Source of the DNA: Toensbergia leucococca | Taxonomy: Eukaryota | Reading direction: 5' to 3' | Assembly (NCBI GenBank): GCA_022813965.1 | Contig: JALDZS010000058.1 | Span: 62,001-125,348 of the forward strand | DNA: 63,348 nt | In this document: positions 23,320-34,691 of the stretch, piece by piece | Position numbering within the stretch: the first letter of the stretch is position 1 | Layout of the letters: each line of letters begins with the position of its first letter | Position numbers and translations under genes: made by a program | Notes under the pieces: generated by a model | Databases searched by the model: none | Told to the model about the DNA's origin: nothing | Seen by the model: only the letters and a program-made list of their open reading frames with translations

Positions 23320-25064
23320 ATGACCTTCCCAACAGCCTATCATGCTGATTCGGACGCCGATGACGAGTATGAACGAAGTGTTATGACCTCACCTATCCTT
23401 GCGACCGATGACGATACTTCTCCAACAGACTCCGACCCTCCTTCGAATGAACACACTCCTACAACCTTTGGCCATGGGGATACAGATAGACTTTCTCCGA
23501 GGACTCTTATAACAGAATGGTCGGCAGACCAATGTGCAGACTGGGTCTCAAGTCTAGGATTGTCACAGTACTGCGACAAATTCTTGGGTATGGAACATCC
23601 ATAGCTCCTTGGGTTGAAGAAGACGAAAATCTGACACTACCAATTGGCATATAGAGAACGAAATAGTTGGCGAAGCTTTGATAGCGCTGAGGCATGACGA
23701 ACTCAAAGAAATGGCCGTTTCAAGCGTTGGGCATCGCCTTACGATTTTGAAGGGAGTATACGATGTCAAAGTACGACAAGAAATACCGGTCGAGTCAGAT
23801 CACTATATACCACTCTGTAGGTGGAACACGATTCCTGGCGATACAAGGCATGCTAATTCTGGTAGCCGCTGATGCCAGCATACATGATCAGACAGCCACC
23901 CACGAAGACTTATCCCGCATCATACAGTCTCTCAAAATTCGAGACGAACGGCTTATCCAGGCGGAAATCGAGCTAAGAAAGGTCGCAGAGGAATATCGCA
24001 AATTGCGCGAAGAGCTTCTCCCAATATTTCGAATGGCAAAGGATCGGTCACAACCTTTACCATACCAACCTCCAGGTTCCAGTCCTGATCTACACAACTA
24101 CGAAGTAATGTCTCCAATGGTAACTCAGGCCCCCCAAGAGAAGAGTGGTAGTAGCTTATCCCGGAAGTTCTCAACCAAAAAGCTATTCCTCGGGTCTACA
24201 CCGAAGAACAGCTCACCCACACACGTACCCCAATCCATCCCAGAAGGGAAGACCATGACCGACAATTCAAATCTGGATCCTTCTGCAGCAGCCGTTGCAG
24301 CATCTTCTCATCTCACCGCCTCGATGAATGGTGGATTCCAACCTTCGACCTCACCTAGCCAGATAAATATCCCTTCACCGACGTCACCCAATACCTACCA
24401 CAACCAGCCCACTCTTGCCTCACGATCTTATGCTCGGGACGACATTCCACCTCAAACTGCAAGTTCATCGCGATCGATGTATTCCCATGCCGAAGAATCG
24501 TCAATTTACTCATCCAATGCTCCTACTCTTAACGGCGACCGCGACCGAGACCGAGACCGGGATCGCGATCGTAGTAATCCCACTCCAACCCCCGGTACCT
24601 CCCGTCGTCAACAATCACGCGAACAAGCCGACCTGGAGAATGCCCAATCCCTACCTTCCTCGGCAAGCAGTCGAGAAATGGCCAACAGCTCCGCTCCGAG
24701 CGTTGAAATCTTCAAAAAGTTCCGTGTCAGCATGGAAGACCCTTGCCATAAAGTGCTTCCTGCTGCACTGAAAAAATATAATATCAATGCCGACTGGCGA
24801 CAATATGCTCTATATATAGTTTACGGGGATCAAGAGCGGTGCTTGGGGTTGGAAGAAAAGCCGTTGATCTTATTCAAGCAACTTGATCGAGAAGGTCGAA
24901 AACCAATGTTCATGCTAAGAAAGCACGCGGCGCCCATGGAGGGGCATTCCGGACCCAGCGGTGGTGGAGCAGGATTGGGTAGCGCAGGGTTTGATTCTTC
25001 GATGAGTTTGGGCAGTGCGAGGGGGCATCAAAGTTCGATACAGTTACCTGGTGGAGTTCTTTAA
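23320..25064 (+). CDS. STE50: MAPK cascade adaptor Ste50 (SAM and Ras-association domains)
   Basis: Introns 23588-23654 and 23817-23865; SAM region EWSADQCADWV...ENEIVGEALIAL...SVGHRLTILK; RA region EIFKKFRVSMEDPCHKVLPAALKKYNINADWRQYALYIVYGDQER; ends PGGVL. Confidence 0.95.
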
Positions 25065-25769
25065 GATTCTTACAGACACTGTGACCCATCTCGTTCCAAG
25101 CAAGGGTTGTCAATCCGGCGTTAGATTGCATCTTTCCTGGGACTTGATATTCATTCGGGTGTTTGTTTCGGGAATGGGAATTGGTCCTGGATAGCTAAAA
25201 CACTTCGGCAATGGTTTGATATTTGCGGCGTTTGGCATTTTCTTGGACTTTTTCACATTTCAACTTCACCTTGAACTTTCTCTAGCAAGCTCCAGTTTCA
25301 TTCTTGGCTTGGGCTGGGGATGAGATGTTTCTCGGTTTAGCCTTCGAGGGTGTGAGGGAGTATGGTTTGTACATATGGTAGGTTGACTTGATCCTGGCTC
25401 TGCAGTATATAATTAAAATATGAGCCTTGGCTATGTATCGGGGCATGATTTATTTTCATCAACATGAGATGGGTGAGATGGTAGGACGAGTGAATTTCTA
25501 GCCAATGTATGGAGTATGTAACTACTTCATGCTCGAACAGTCATAAATGGAGACTCTAGGGACCCTTGGTGGTTGGGCCAAGTGATTTACTTACCGCCTT
25601 GATATTCGATGCGGTATGATTCTGCCGCTGAGCTTCGGATCGAATTGTCGCCATTTCACATTGATCATTCCTCCCGCAATGAAGATGACAAACCCGCAAG
25701 TGGTACTCTGTTCGGAATATACCATCTCACACTCGAAGCCAAGTCTGCAATTACACAGCTCTAATAATC

Positions 25770-27577
25770 ATGGGGAAAGGTGAGCACTTTGCCGTGCCAA
25801 CCATCAATTCCAGAGACTGACTGCTGCCCTTCTCTAGGCACCGACAAGCTATACGTAAGCTACTGCACGGATCGATGATTCTTTTGAGCTTTGTCTGTTC
25901 TAATACGATCAATAGATTACCCACTCGGAATGGGCTTCTGAAGATGCTTACTCTGCCAGCAGCGGATCTGGGACCGCAAAACCCAAAGCACCAGGCTCAT
26001 CCTTCAAGCGCTTGCCCTTTAACTTCTGTTCCGTCTCATTGCAACCCTTTACCCATCCAGTATGCACAGCAAACGGCACTATATTCGACCTGAGCAATAT
26101 TCTCCCATGGCTGGAGAAACACGGCACAAATCCCGTCACCGGTACACCGTTAAAGTCGAGCGAATTGATCAAATTACACTTTGCCAAGAACGATGAGGGG
26201 GAGATGATAGATCCAGTGACCTTCAAGGTCTTTACGGACAATACACATATCCTAGCTCTGAAGAATACCGGTAACGTCTTTGCCTACGATACAGTGGAGA
26301 GACTCAACATCAAGGCAAAAATGTGGCGGGATCTAGTCAATGATGAGGAATTTAGCAGAAAAGACCTCATCACCCTGCAAGATCCACAGAACATTGAATC
26401 AAGGGACCTGAGTTCCTTCAAATATCTCCAAGAAGGTACAAGCACATTGACCCCCGAGCAAGAAGCCGAGAGAAACGATCCAAGCCACAACCTCAACAAA
26501 AATGCCCTGGGCAACGCTGCAAAAATCCTCAAAGCGAAAGAGGCTGTTGCCAAAGCCCGTTCCCAACGTACCGGCCATACCAATGGCAATCACACTATAA
26601 CCACCTCCACCACAATCTCAACCTCCAAACCTGGTGCTCCTTCTTCCAAGTCCTCCTCTCACGCAACGAAGCCAGTCCCCTACAATGCAGCCCAACATAC
26701 CACCGGTCAAGCCGCCGCTTCCTTCACCTCCACAGGCTTAACCCCCCACACATCTTCTGAACGCGCCCTCCTCACCAACGAAGAATATCTCCTCAAACCC
26801 CGCCGTGTCAAACAAAAAGGCTATGCCAGGATTCAGACAAGCCTAGGCTCCCTCAACATCCAACTGCACCCCGAATTCGCCCCACGCGCCGTCTGGAACT
26901 TTGTCCATCTGGCCAAAAAGGGCTACTACAAAGATGTACTATTCCACCGCAACATTCGCAACTTCATGGTCCAAGGTGGCGATCCTACGGGCACAGGAAA
27001 GGGAGGAGCGAGTATATGGAACAAAAATTTCGCGGACGAGTTCGATGGCCCGCTGAGCCATGATAAGAGGGGCGTTGTGAGCATGGCGAATAAAGGCAAG
27101 GATACCAATGGTTCCCAATTCTTCATCACCTACCGCGCCGCCAAACATCTTGACCGCAAACACACCATTTTTGGTACCGTGGTCGGGGGGTTGGATACGC
27201 TGGCACGGATGGAGGAGGCGGAGGTTAGTGAGGGGGAGAAGAGACCGGTGGTTGATATGGTTATTGGGGAGGTGGTGGTATTTGTGGATCCGTTTGAGGA
27301 ATTTTGGAGGGAGAGGGGCGAGAAAGAGGCCAAGGAGAAGGAGGAGGGGATTGTGGGTGAGGAAGGGAAGGTTAGTTGGACAGGGAGGAGAGTCGATGGT
27401 GAGGGCGGGATGGGCAAGGGAGGGGATGAGGGCGTGGGGAAATATTTAAGGGGGGTGACTAGGGACGAGGGGGAGGGCGATAGGAGTGTTATTGCCAAGT
27501 GGGAGGGTGAGAGTGCCGAGGAGCCTGTTCGAAAAAAAATCAAGGTTGGGGGATTTGGAAATTTTGAGGGCTGGTGA
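25770..27577 (+). CDS. cyp8: U-box peptidyl-prolyl cis-trans isomerase-like 2 (Cyp60/PPIL2)
   Basis: Short exons give MGKGTDKLYITHSEW (introns 25780-25837, 25855-25915); U-box LPFNFCSVSLQPF; cyclophilin motifs FHRNIRNFMVQGGDPTGTG and SMANKGKDTNGSQFFIT. Confidence 0.95.
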
Positions 27578-28101
27578 GCTGGGTTTGGAATGGACTGTAG
27601 GTAAAGTAATGAAAACCGGGTGCTTGTATTCATTCTAGACCGGGGGGGGGCGTCGGGTATTGGTGTTTTGTTGTGGAAAAATAATAGCCTTGCTATGGGT
27701 TCAGTGTTTAACATGTAAGATGGATGCTGTTCTAGGTGCCTGAGGGGTGATTAAGGTATCTACTGTGTGCGAGCCTAAGCGAGGCGCTAGCCCGATGCGG
27801 CAGCATATCACCATTTATGCCTTATGTAGAGGATATCCGTAATATCCGTAACAGACGCCCCCACAACCCCCCCAAAAAAAAAGAATAAAGAGAGCAATAT
27901 TCATCAATCTCCAAGGTATCATTCAGGAAAAGAGGGCGTCCACCAAAAAAAAAACCGAAACCCCCCAAAAAAAGGCCCCTCTATTCATCACTCTCGCTCA
28001 TTAAACATTCCACAATATCACTTAGTCCCCCTTCCCACGAAGGGGGGGCGCCTTTGTCCATAAAGCAATTCAATCACAAAACCACGCCCTCAGACACCGC
28101 C

Positions 28102-30081
28102 TCAAACCAAAACCCAAGCCGCAATCCCCTGAAACCCCATGCCCTGCCTCCCATTCGCTCGCCGATACCCATCGCCCCCTAAACCCCTCCCACTAGCATC
28201 TCCAACAGTAGTAACGGCAAAAACGCTGACCGTCTGGCCCCTCGTACCCAAAACCCTCCTCTCAACATCAACCCACCAAATATTCCCATCCGTTTCGAAA
28301 AGCACAAAATCGTCATCCTTGCCATCAGGGCCGTGGACAGCAAGAACAAATTCGTAGGGTTTGCCTTGGCCGTTCCGGACGGGATGCCAATGAGGGCAGA
28401 CTTTGGAGAATTGGAAGCGGGCCAATGGAGAGCGGTCCGAGAGGGGAAGGTTGAGGTACTTGGGATGAAAGGCCGTTTCGCTGATGCCTTCTTTTTCCGC
28501 GGCGCCAGAGTAGATGCGGAGGAGCTCGCCGCCTCGGTCGCCAACAATGTATTCCTCCCACGGAATACGCGCACGGCCGTGTGTGCGAAAGAAGTGGGAC
28601 TTGTTGGACGGAAAATGGCGGAGGCCAAATTCGTTGTTGTCCATTGTAAAGTGGCGGGGGCAGAAAGCTTTATTGTACGGTTGGCCTTTGCCGCTGACGT
28701 TGCCGGCTCCCCAGCAACAGTCGATGAGTTTCCATTCGTCGGCGTCGATTTTGACGGCGTTCCAGGCATGGGTGGAGTATTCGCTTGGGATGGGAGCGTT
28801 GGGGGGGAGGAAAGCGAAACTGAAACCTTTGCCATGGCCCCCAACGACAAGGCTTTCGAGGCCGGCTTTGCTGGCCAAGGCGGTAAAGAGGCCGGCGTAA
28901 CCTTCGCAGACGGCAAGGCCGGTCGAGAGAGTGGATGCTGGGGTGCTGGGCTGAACGGCATTATTGAAAAAAGCAACTACGTCGTAAGAGATGTTATGAT
29001 GGAGCCAAGTGAAGATTGTGCGGGCTTTATCGGTTCGGGAAGGAAATGGAGCGGTGAGATGGGTTGCTAGCCAGTCCAGTGAGGGTACGCATTGTCGAGG
29101 GAATTTTGCGGCATGAGCATCAGGGAATGAGAAATCACGGCATTTCAAGCACGGTGATGCAGATGATGTTTTCGTGAACTCAGTGGCTTGATTTTTGCTG
29201 TATTCGGGACGAGATGCTAAAGGCACTGGCGGGGGAGCTTGATTGGTGCCATTGGTGATAGGGCTTGGAGTTCTGGTATTCAACGCTCCATTGATAGTAT
29301 TAGAGGCATTCGCCTTGTTCATTCCAAACGAGAGGGCTGAGCGAGCCGGCATTGGAGGTGCTTCATCTTGAGGAAGATTTCTGATAGTGTTTGACGAGGG
29401 TTTTCGAAGAGGTAATCTTGGTGGAAGCGGTGGGGTAGACGGCGGAGTTATCAATTCTGTAGTCACCACAATTGGTGTAGATTTTGCGCTTTTCAATGGT
29501 ATCCTCGCAGCCTTTTTATCAGGTTGTAGTCGCTTCGGAGGAAGTGGAGGTAAGGTCGAAGGATCGTAGACTGGAAACAATACCCTCCCAGCATCCACTG
29601 ATGAGGTTCTTGAACATGGAGTTCGTGCAGTGCCAGTTGAAAGAGCTGAAATAGTGGAGATAGTAGAGATAGCAGAAGAGATTGACTCGTTTGAACCGCG
29701 CCTGCTTATTTGATCGGAGGGTCTCCTTGGTGGTAGAGCGGGTGATGGCTGGGCAGAAGGTCTTCTCGGAGGAAGTCTTGGTGGGGCTATCAGCTTTGTA
29801 GATGGTGAGTTGGAGTTCGAGGCACGAGTGATTGCAGGTGGAGGCAGTACGCCCCCTCTTTGTGGAGCATTTGGTTCATTACCAATCCCATTGGTTAGGA
29901 CGAGCTGCCTGTCTTGGACCACTGGTATATTAGCAGAATTCCTCCTTTGATCATATGAAGGCTTGCTCGGTGCTCTTAGACTTGAACTCGTAGGAGTGAT
30001 GGGAGCTCTGCCAACTTGGCCCAGGTTAAGAGCAGCGATACGAGCTTGAATGGATTGCACCTGGGAAGCCTCTTCAGACAT
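28102..30081 (-). CDS. Transglutaminase-like protein (kyphoscoliosis peptidase/CYK3-related) with Pro-rich N-terminus
   Basis: Intronless 659-aa ORF; KARTIFTWLHHNISYD; Cys-His-Asp triad in AVCEGYA, HAWNAV and LIDCCWGAG. Confidence 0.92.
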   Translation of the reverse strand: MSEEASQVQSIQARIAALNLGQVGRAPITPTSSSLRAPSKPSYDQRRNSANIPVVQDRQLVLTNGIGNEPNAPQRGGVLPPPAITRASNSNSPSTKLIAPPRLPPRRPSAQPSPALPPRRPSDQISRRGSNESISSAISTISTISALSTGTARTPCSRTSSVDAGRVLFPVYDPSTLPPLPPKRLQPDKKAARIPLKSAKSTPIVVTTELITPPSTPPLPPRLPLRKPSSNTIRNLPQDEAPPMPARSALSFGMNKANASNTINGALNTRTPSPITNGTNQAPPPVPLASRPEYSKNQATEFTKTSSASPCLKCRDFSFPDAHAAKFPRQCVPSLDWLATHLTAPFPSRTDKARTIFTWLHHNISYDVVAFFNNAVQPSTPASTLSTGLAVCEGYAGLFTALASKAGLESLVVGGHGKGFSFAFLPPNAPIPSEYSTHAWNAVKIDADEWKLIDCCWGAGNVSGKGQPYNKAFCPRHFTMDNNEFGLRHFPSNKSHFFRTHGRARIPWEEYIVGDRGGELLRIYSGAAEKEGISETAFHPKYLNLPLSDRSPLARFQFSKVCPHWHPVRNGQGKPYEFVLAVHGPDGKDDDFVLFETDGNIWWVDVERRVLGTRGQTVSVFAVTTVGDASGRGLGGDGYRRANGRQGMGFQGIAAWVLV

Positions 30082-30293
30082 GGCAGCTATCTGACAACAA
30101 CAAGCTCAATGCGTCTTAATGTTACGGATCAGGAAACAAAAGTTACCGTCTTCTCGATGTCCAAGTAAGCTCTACTCATGTAAGTCGAGGTAGAGTGGGA
30201 GAGTGGTTGTGGACTTGTGGTGTGGCTGTACCACAAGCCGTTTCAGAGGTGCAGGGCTGAGGGTCCTGGTGCTCACATATTCTATCACATATC

Positions 30294-30319
30294 ATTGGTG
30301 ATTGGTGATTGGTGATTGG
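30294..30319 (-). promoter_or_regulatory. Four tandem CCAAT boxes with 7-bp period
   Basis: Minus strand reads CCAATCACCAATCACCAATCACCAAT, about 210 bp upstream of the ATG at 30081. Confidence 0.4.
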
Positions 30320-30955
30320 ATACATGTAGAGCTTATTCATAGCTCACCTTTCACACAAATTAGAAACTGAGAGTTAGGTACTGATAGTAGAGATAAATCT
30401 ATGATTCACAATAATTATGAGTTGATATTCTTGTGTGCTTGGCGTACGAGTACCAATGGGCCCTACTCTAGTTTAGTATCCGTATGTAAACCCTCGACGA
30501 CCCCTTTTCTATCTTCACTTTTTCCATCTACATCCACAAATCGAATGGGAAATCTCAAAGAAGCATTCAAGACCACGGCACCGTTCATCCAAAGATTAAG
30601 AGACACATATCCTGGGCTCCATCAAAAATATATTGCTCCTCTAGATTGACCAAACATCCACCATCCAATCTCCTGAATCCGCTTTTGGAAACTATCGGCA
30701 AGATGCCGTATGCATAGTGCTCCCGATAGCCCACATATTCCACCATGACACATTTCCCAATTGCTCCGCTCTTCCAGAATTCCCATTTTAAGAGACATGG
30801 TCTTGAGACCATGACTTTTTGCGCCAACAGAACAAGAAGCCATGTTAAAATCCATATATATAAAAATAGTACATATGACAGAAAGTACACCACATGCATC
30901 GTCTTCCATGGCACTCGTTCGCTTATATACTCTGATCATCATGGTACTATACTTC

Positions 30956-33900
30956 TTAAGCGCGATCCATTATAGACGTCTCCGCTCTTGCTTTGATATG
31001 TGCAGCTTGAGTCTCTAGCGATCGAGCCATTAATCGAGTGACTGCAAGAAATTAGGCATTGGCCATGACTTGCGTTGTATAGGAATCAGACTCACCCGGC
31101 CATACCGCCGATTTCTCAAGCATGTGCGCCGTTATCATCAAAATCTTGCTACCGTATCCGCCACCTTCGACGTATGAAGAACCGTTTGATGTAGTCAAGG
31201 CTGCCATGGCACTCAAATTCCCGTTGTCGATAGTCATCTTCACCTCTGCGCTATTGAGGATTTCATTGATTTTCTCCAAAAGCTTGCAATCTTCATCGTC
31301 CAAAAGCATAATCCCTGGCACTTGGCCGTAGTCAATGTCATCTTCCCCCAATATTCCAAGATAACGACCCACTCGTTCTTGAACGGTTGAAATCCATTCG
31401 GCTAGTACCTGCGCGCAGTCAAAAGCACACATTGCAGACTGGATAGGCAGCTCTCGAGAATTGAAGTCGGCAAACGTTACGCCAAGCTTGTCAGACATGG
31501 ATAAAGAGTTGGCTGCATAGAAAGACGCTTTTCGTAAATGTCGCTCACGCTTGGAACATTGCCCTGGCTGCTGTACATTATCCACAGAGATCGTAGGCTC
31601 AGAACATTCAACCTTGATATAATCCGCGTCCACGTCCGGTGAATTGCCGTTGGCGCCGGTAAGAGTAGGAATCGAATGGTCAATCGTAGGGCTAGAATCC
31701 GGCGAGTAACCAGCGTGCTGGACCATCTCTGCACCTCGGGCAAGTTCATCTGCCATGCCATCAAAATCTCGCTGCCAAAAGGCTTCCTTTGAACGGCCGA
31801 GATTTACGAATAATCGAACATAGGCAAGATCTAGAAGCGGTATGCTGTCCGCCGAAAGAGGACCCAGACCAAATGGATTGGGTCTCTCAAGACTATGCTG
31901 TGGGTGACTCGCCCACGCGACCTGCCACGCCTTTAGAGCAGGCTCGATATGAGCATGCATGGCCTCGGTTTCACGCGTCGTCCATTGCCTTCCTATATGT
32001 CTTTGCCGCGTCTCCCATATATAATTATGCAACGCATTGATGAGGATAAGACAACCAAAGGTGCTTGGCTGGAACTCGCTTTCAACATGGCCATCGACAT
32101 CCAGCCCTGAACCCAAACTTTGGTGGTAAGAAAGAGAATTGTGGTGTTGCATTTGCGGTTGCCGCTGGCTGGCCGTTAGAAGAGAACTCAAAGCAGATGC
32201 GAATGGTATCGCTTTCTGCTCGGCCAAAGCAGCACCACCCATAGCGTACCAGACATCGGCCGAGTCTGCAGCCCAAAGGTCTTCATCACATGGAAGATCC
32301 AACCGTATCTCGGAGTTCATCAGCGCCGGAGCGTGGTTGTAAGCCGAGACCAGTAAACTTGACAGAATATATACGACAAAGACCGTTCGTTTACGTTCCT
32401 CGGCCAACTTCCAATTGAGCCACTCACTCTGGTCTTCTGGAATATTCGGCTCACCAGCTATGCCCCAACGACCATTGTTTATATTATCATCCTCCATTTG
32501 AACATCGTCTCCGGCCGAGCAATGATTTGAATACGGGAAAGATCCATTCCTGGAAGGCTTGCATGGAAATGACTGCGCAAGATCCGCGGCTCGAGCTAGA
32601 CTAACGAGAGCTGCACAATGCGTACTTGCGATATCTGCAGATATCTTGTCACCAGAATTATGACCATAAATGACGTTTAACAGCATAGCTTGTACTAGCC
32701 AAATCGGTGTGTTCTGAGGAGCTTTGTCAATGTTGCTGGTTCCTTTGAGTGCCGCTGACATGTCAGCTTTCCGTCGTTCCTCAAGACAAATCTGTATCAT
32801 TTTTTTCGCAAGTTCAAAGAGATCCTTGGAAGCTGGCTGTTCAAATACGTATAAAGCGCCAATGGCTGCCATGGCAAGCATAAGACAGCCTCCACCACCA
32901 GCGATGCCCGACTGACCAAAGCTAGTGTAGCCGCTAGAGCTTCGAAGATTGCTGGCATAGGCTGGGGAATCAAAAGACAAAGTTGGGATATGCAAGAAAG
33001 GAAGGTGAGGATGGCAGTACTGTATATAACTTGCGACGTAGCGCTGGAGATCAAATGTACTGGGTAAACATACACCATTTACGCCTTGCGGTTTTGCGGC
33101 AAACCCTGAAGATAGAGGCGAACTGGCTGTAGGCTGTGAAGCCAAGTGGCTGTGGCCAAAGACAGAAGGCTGAGAAAGGCTTGAGAGGAGTGTTTGGCGA
33201 GCTGCATCAGTAATGCAATCGGTAGCATTAGAGGTGACCGAGCTTTGATAATTGCTGCTACTCACAGATCCTGCCGAGTTACTCGGAGTATCCGATTTAG
33301 CGACCATTGGTGGATGGAAGTACTGGTTGGCCATTTCGGTGATTACCGGCATTGGACTCTGCGCAGTCAAAGGTGGTGGCGTGGAGAAGTAACGATCAGC
33401 TCCCCCAAGTTGCCCTTGCAGAGATTTGGGTGATACCGGTCCCGGAGCAAAAAATTCAGGTATTGTAGAGCCGGAAAAGTCCATGGGGTATGTCGATGGA
33501 AGCGGTGCATGAGAGATGATGGGATTTTGCCACATGGATGATGTGTGAACAGCGTTGTTTGACCCATCTAGCATTACTTCGCTGATGGCGCTGGGGCTAC
33601 CGGTGCTGATTGCAGATGGCGAGGACCCATCAATGGCTTGCTCATTTGCGTGATTGTATGACAGGTGGTTCTCAAAGCCATTCAACCACGTTGGGTTATC
33701 ATTATTATCCATCATTGAACGAGTACCGGGCGCGGCGGGAAACCCTTGGTGAAATGGTGATGTGGGAGTCTCAAAAGCTAGAGACTGTGGCGAATCATTA
33801 AAGTGCAACTGTGCTGGATTTATTGTGGAGCCTGGGCCAAACATCAAGTTGTCCATGTCAACATCGGTTCCGAATCCTCCATACGGAGGAGCAGTCCGTA

Positions 33901-34691
33901 AACTAGCACTAATATCAACATTGAGGCCATTTGTTTCCAATTTTGGAAGCCCATGGAAATTGCCATGATTTCCCGATGCGGTGGACATGCCCCGAAATTC
34001 GTAGCTACCTGGACCTGGAAGACCATGAGAGCTCGAGTGATGATGGTAGCCAAATCCCAATACATCATGTCTCGCGACGGAGTAATTGGCAGCTTCAATC
34101 ATTCCATGTGTAGCATTATCTACATGGCTTATGGTATTCGCTCTTGGGCGCATCGAGGTAGCTCCCGAATTACCAGAGCCTCCTATGGTATTGTTCGCGG
34201 CTGAGTTTTTGCGCACCTTCCCAGTTGCACTCGCCGCTGTGCTACTTGTGCTTTCTCGCCTTCCACCTCGTGGTCGAGATGCTGGCAGGGCAGTCAAGTG
34301 AAGTTTTTGCTGATGCCTTAGGAGAAGATCGCGCCTTGCGAAGCATCTCGTACATTCTGGACACTCAAATGGCTTCTCCTTGGTATGTGAACGCTCGTGT
34401 CGTTTGAGATGCTCGAGGCGTGCAAAGGATCGACCGCATGTGCCGCAGACATGAGGTCGAGGTTTGTCTGTCTTGGGAGGCGGAAAATTGGCATTCTCGT
34501 TCAGGCTACCACTTACGGTTTTCCCATGTGGGCGAGCTACGTTTACACATCAGTCCCACATTCTTTACCAGTATATTTTACCCAGTATGAGGTAATTCTG
34601 AAAGTTGGAATAGGCACGTACAGCCACCATTGACACTGGAAGTACTCGATGTTCCATTGACAACGCTTGGAGCATCAGGTGAAGATGTCAT
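30956..34691 (-). CDS. amdX: C2H2 zinc-finger transcription factor with fungal-specific TF domain (AmdX-like)
   Basis: ATG 34691; intron 34621..34537; fingers [56 protein letters not shown] lie upstream of the listed ORF start; [29 protein letters not shown] last intron near 31095..31043 leads to [21 protein letters not shown] and a stop at 30956. Confidence 0.9.

Noticed and set aside
28027..28046. Perfect 8-bp hairpin CCCCCTTC-CCAC-GAAGGGGG as a terminator or Helitron end
   Set aside because: Intrinsic terminators do not apply here, no CTRR end follows at the expected distance, and such stems are likely by chance in skewed sequence.
27130..29070. Long antisense and alternate-frame ORFs over cyp8 and the transglutaminase-like gene (also over the monooxygenase)
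   Set aside because: Shadow ORFs caused by skewed codon usage in real genes.
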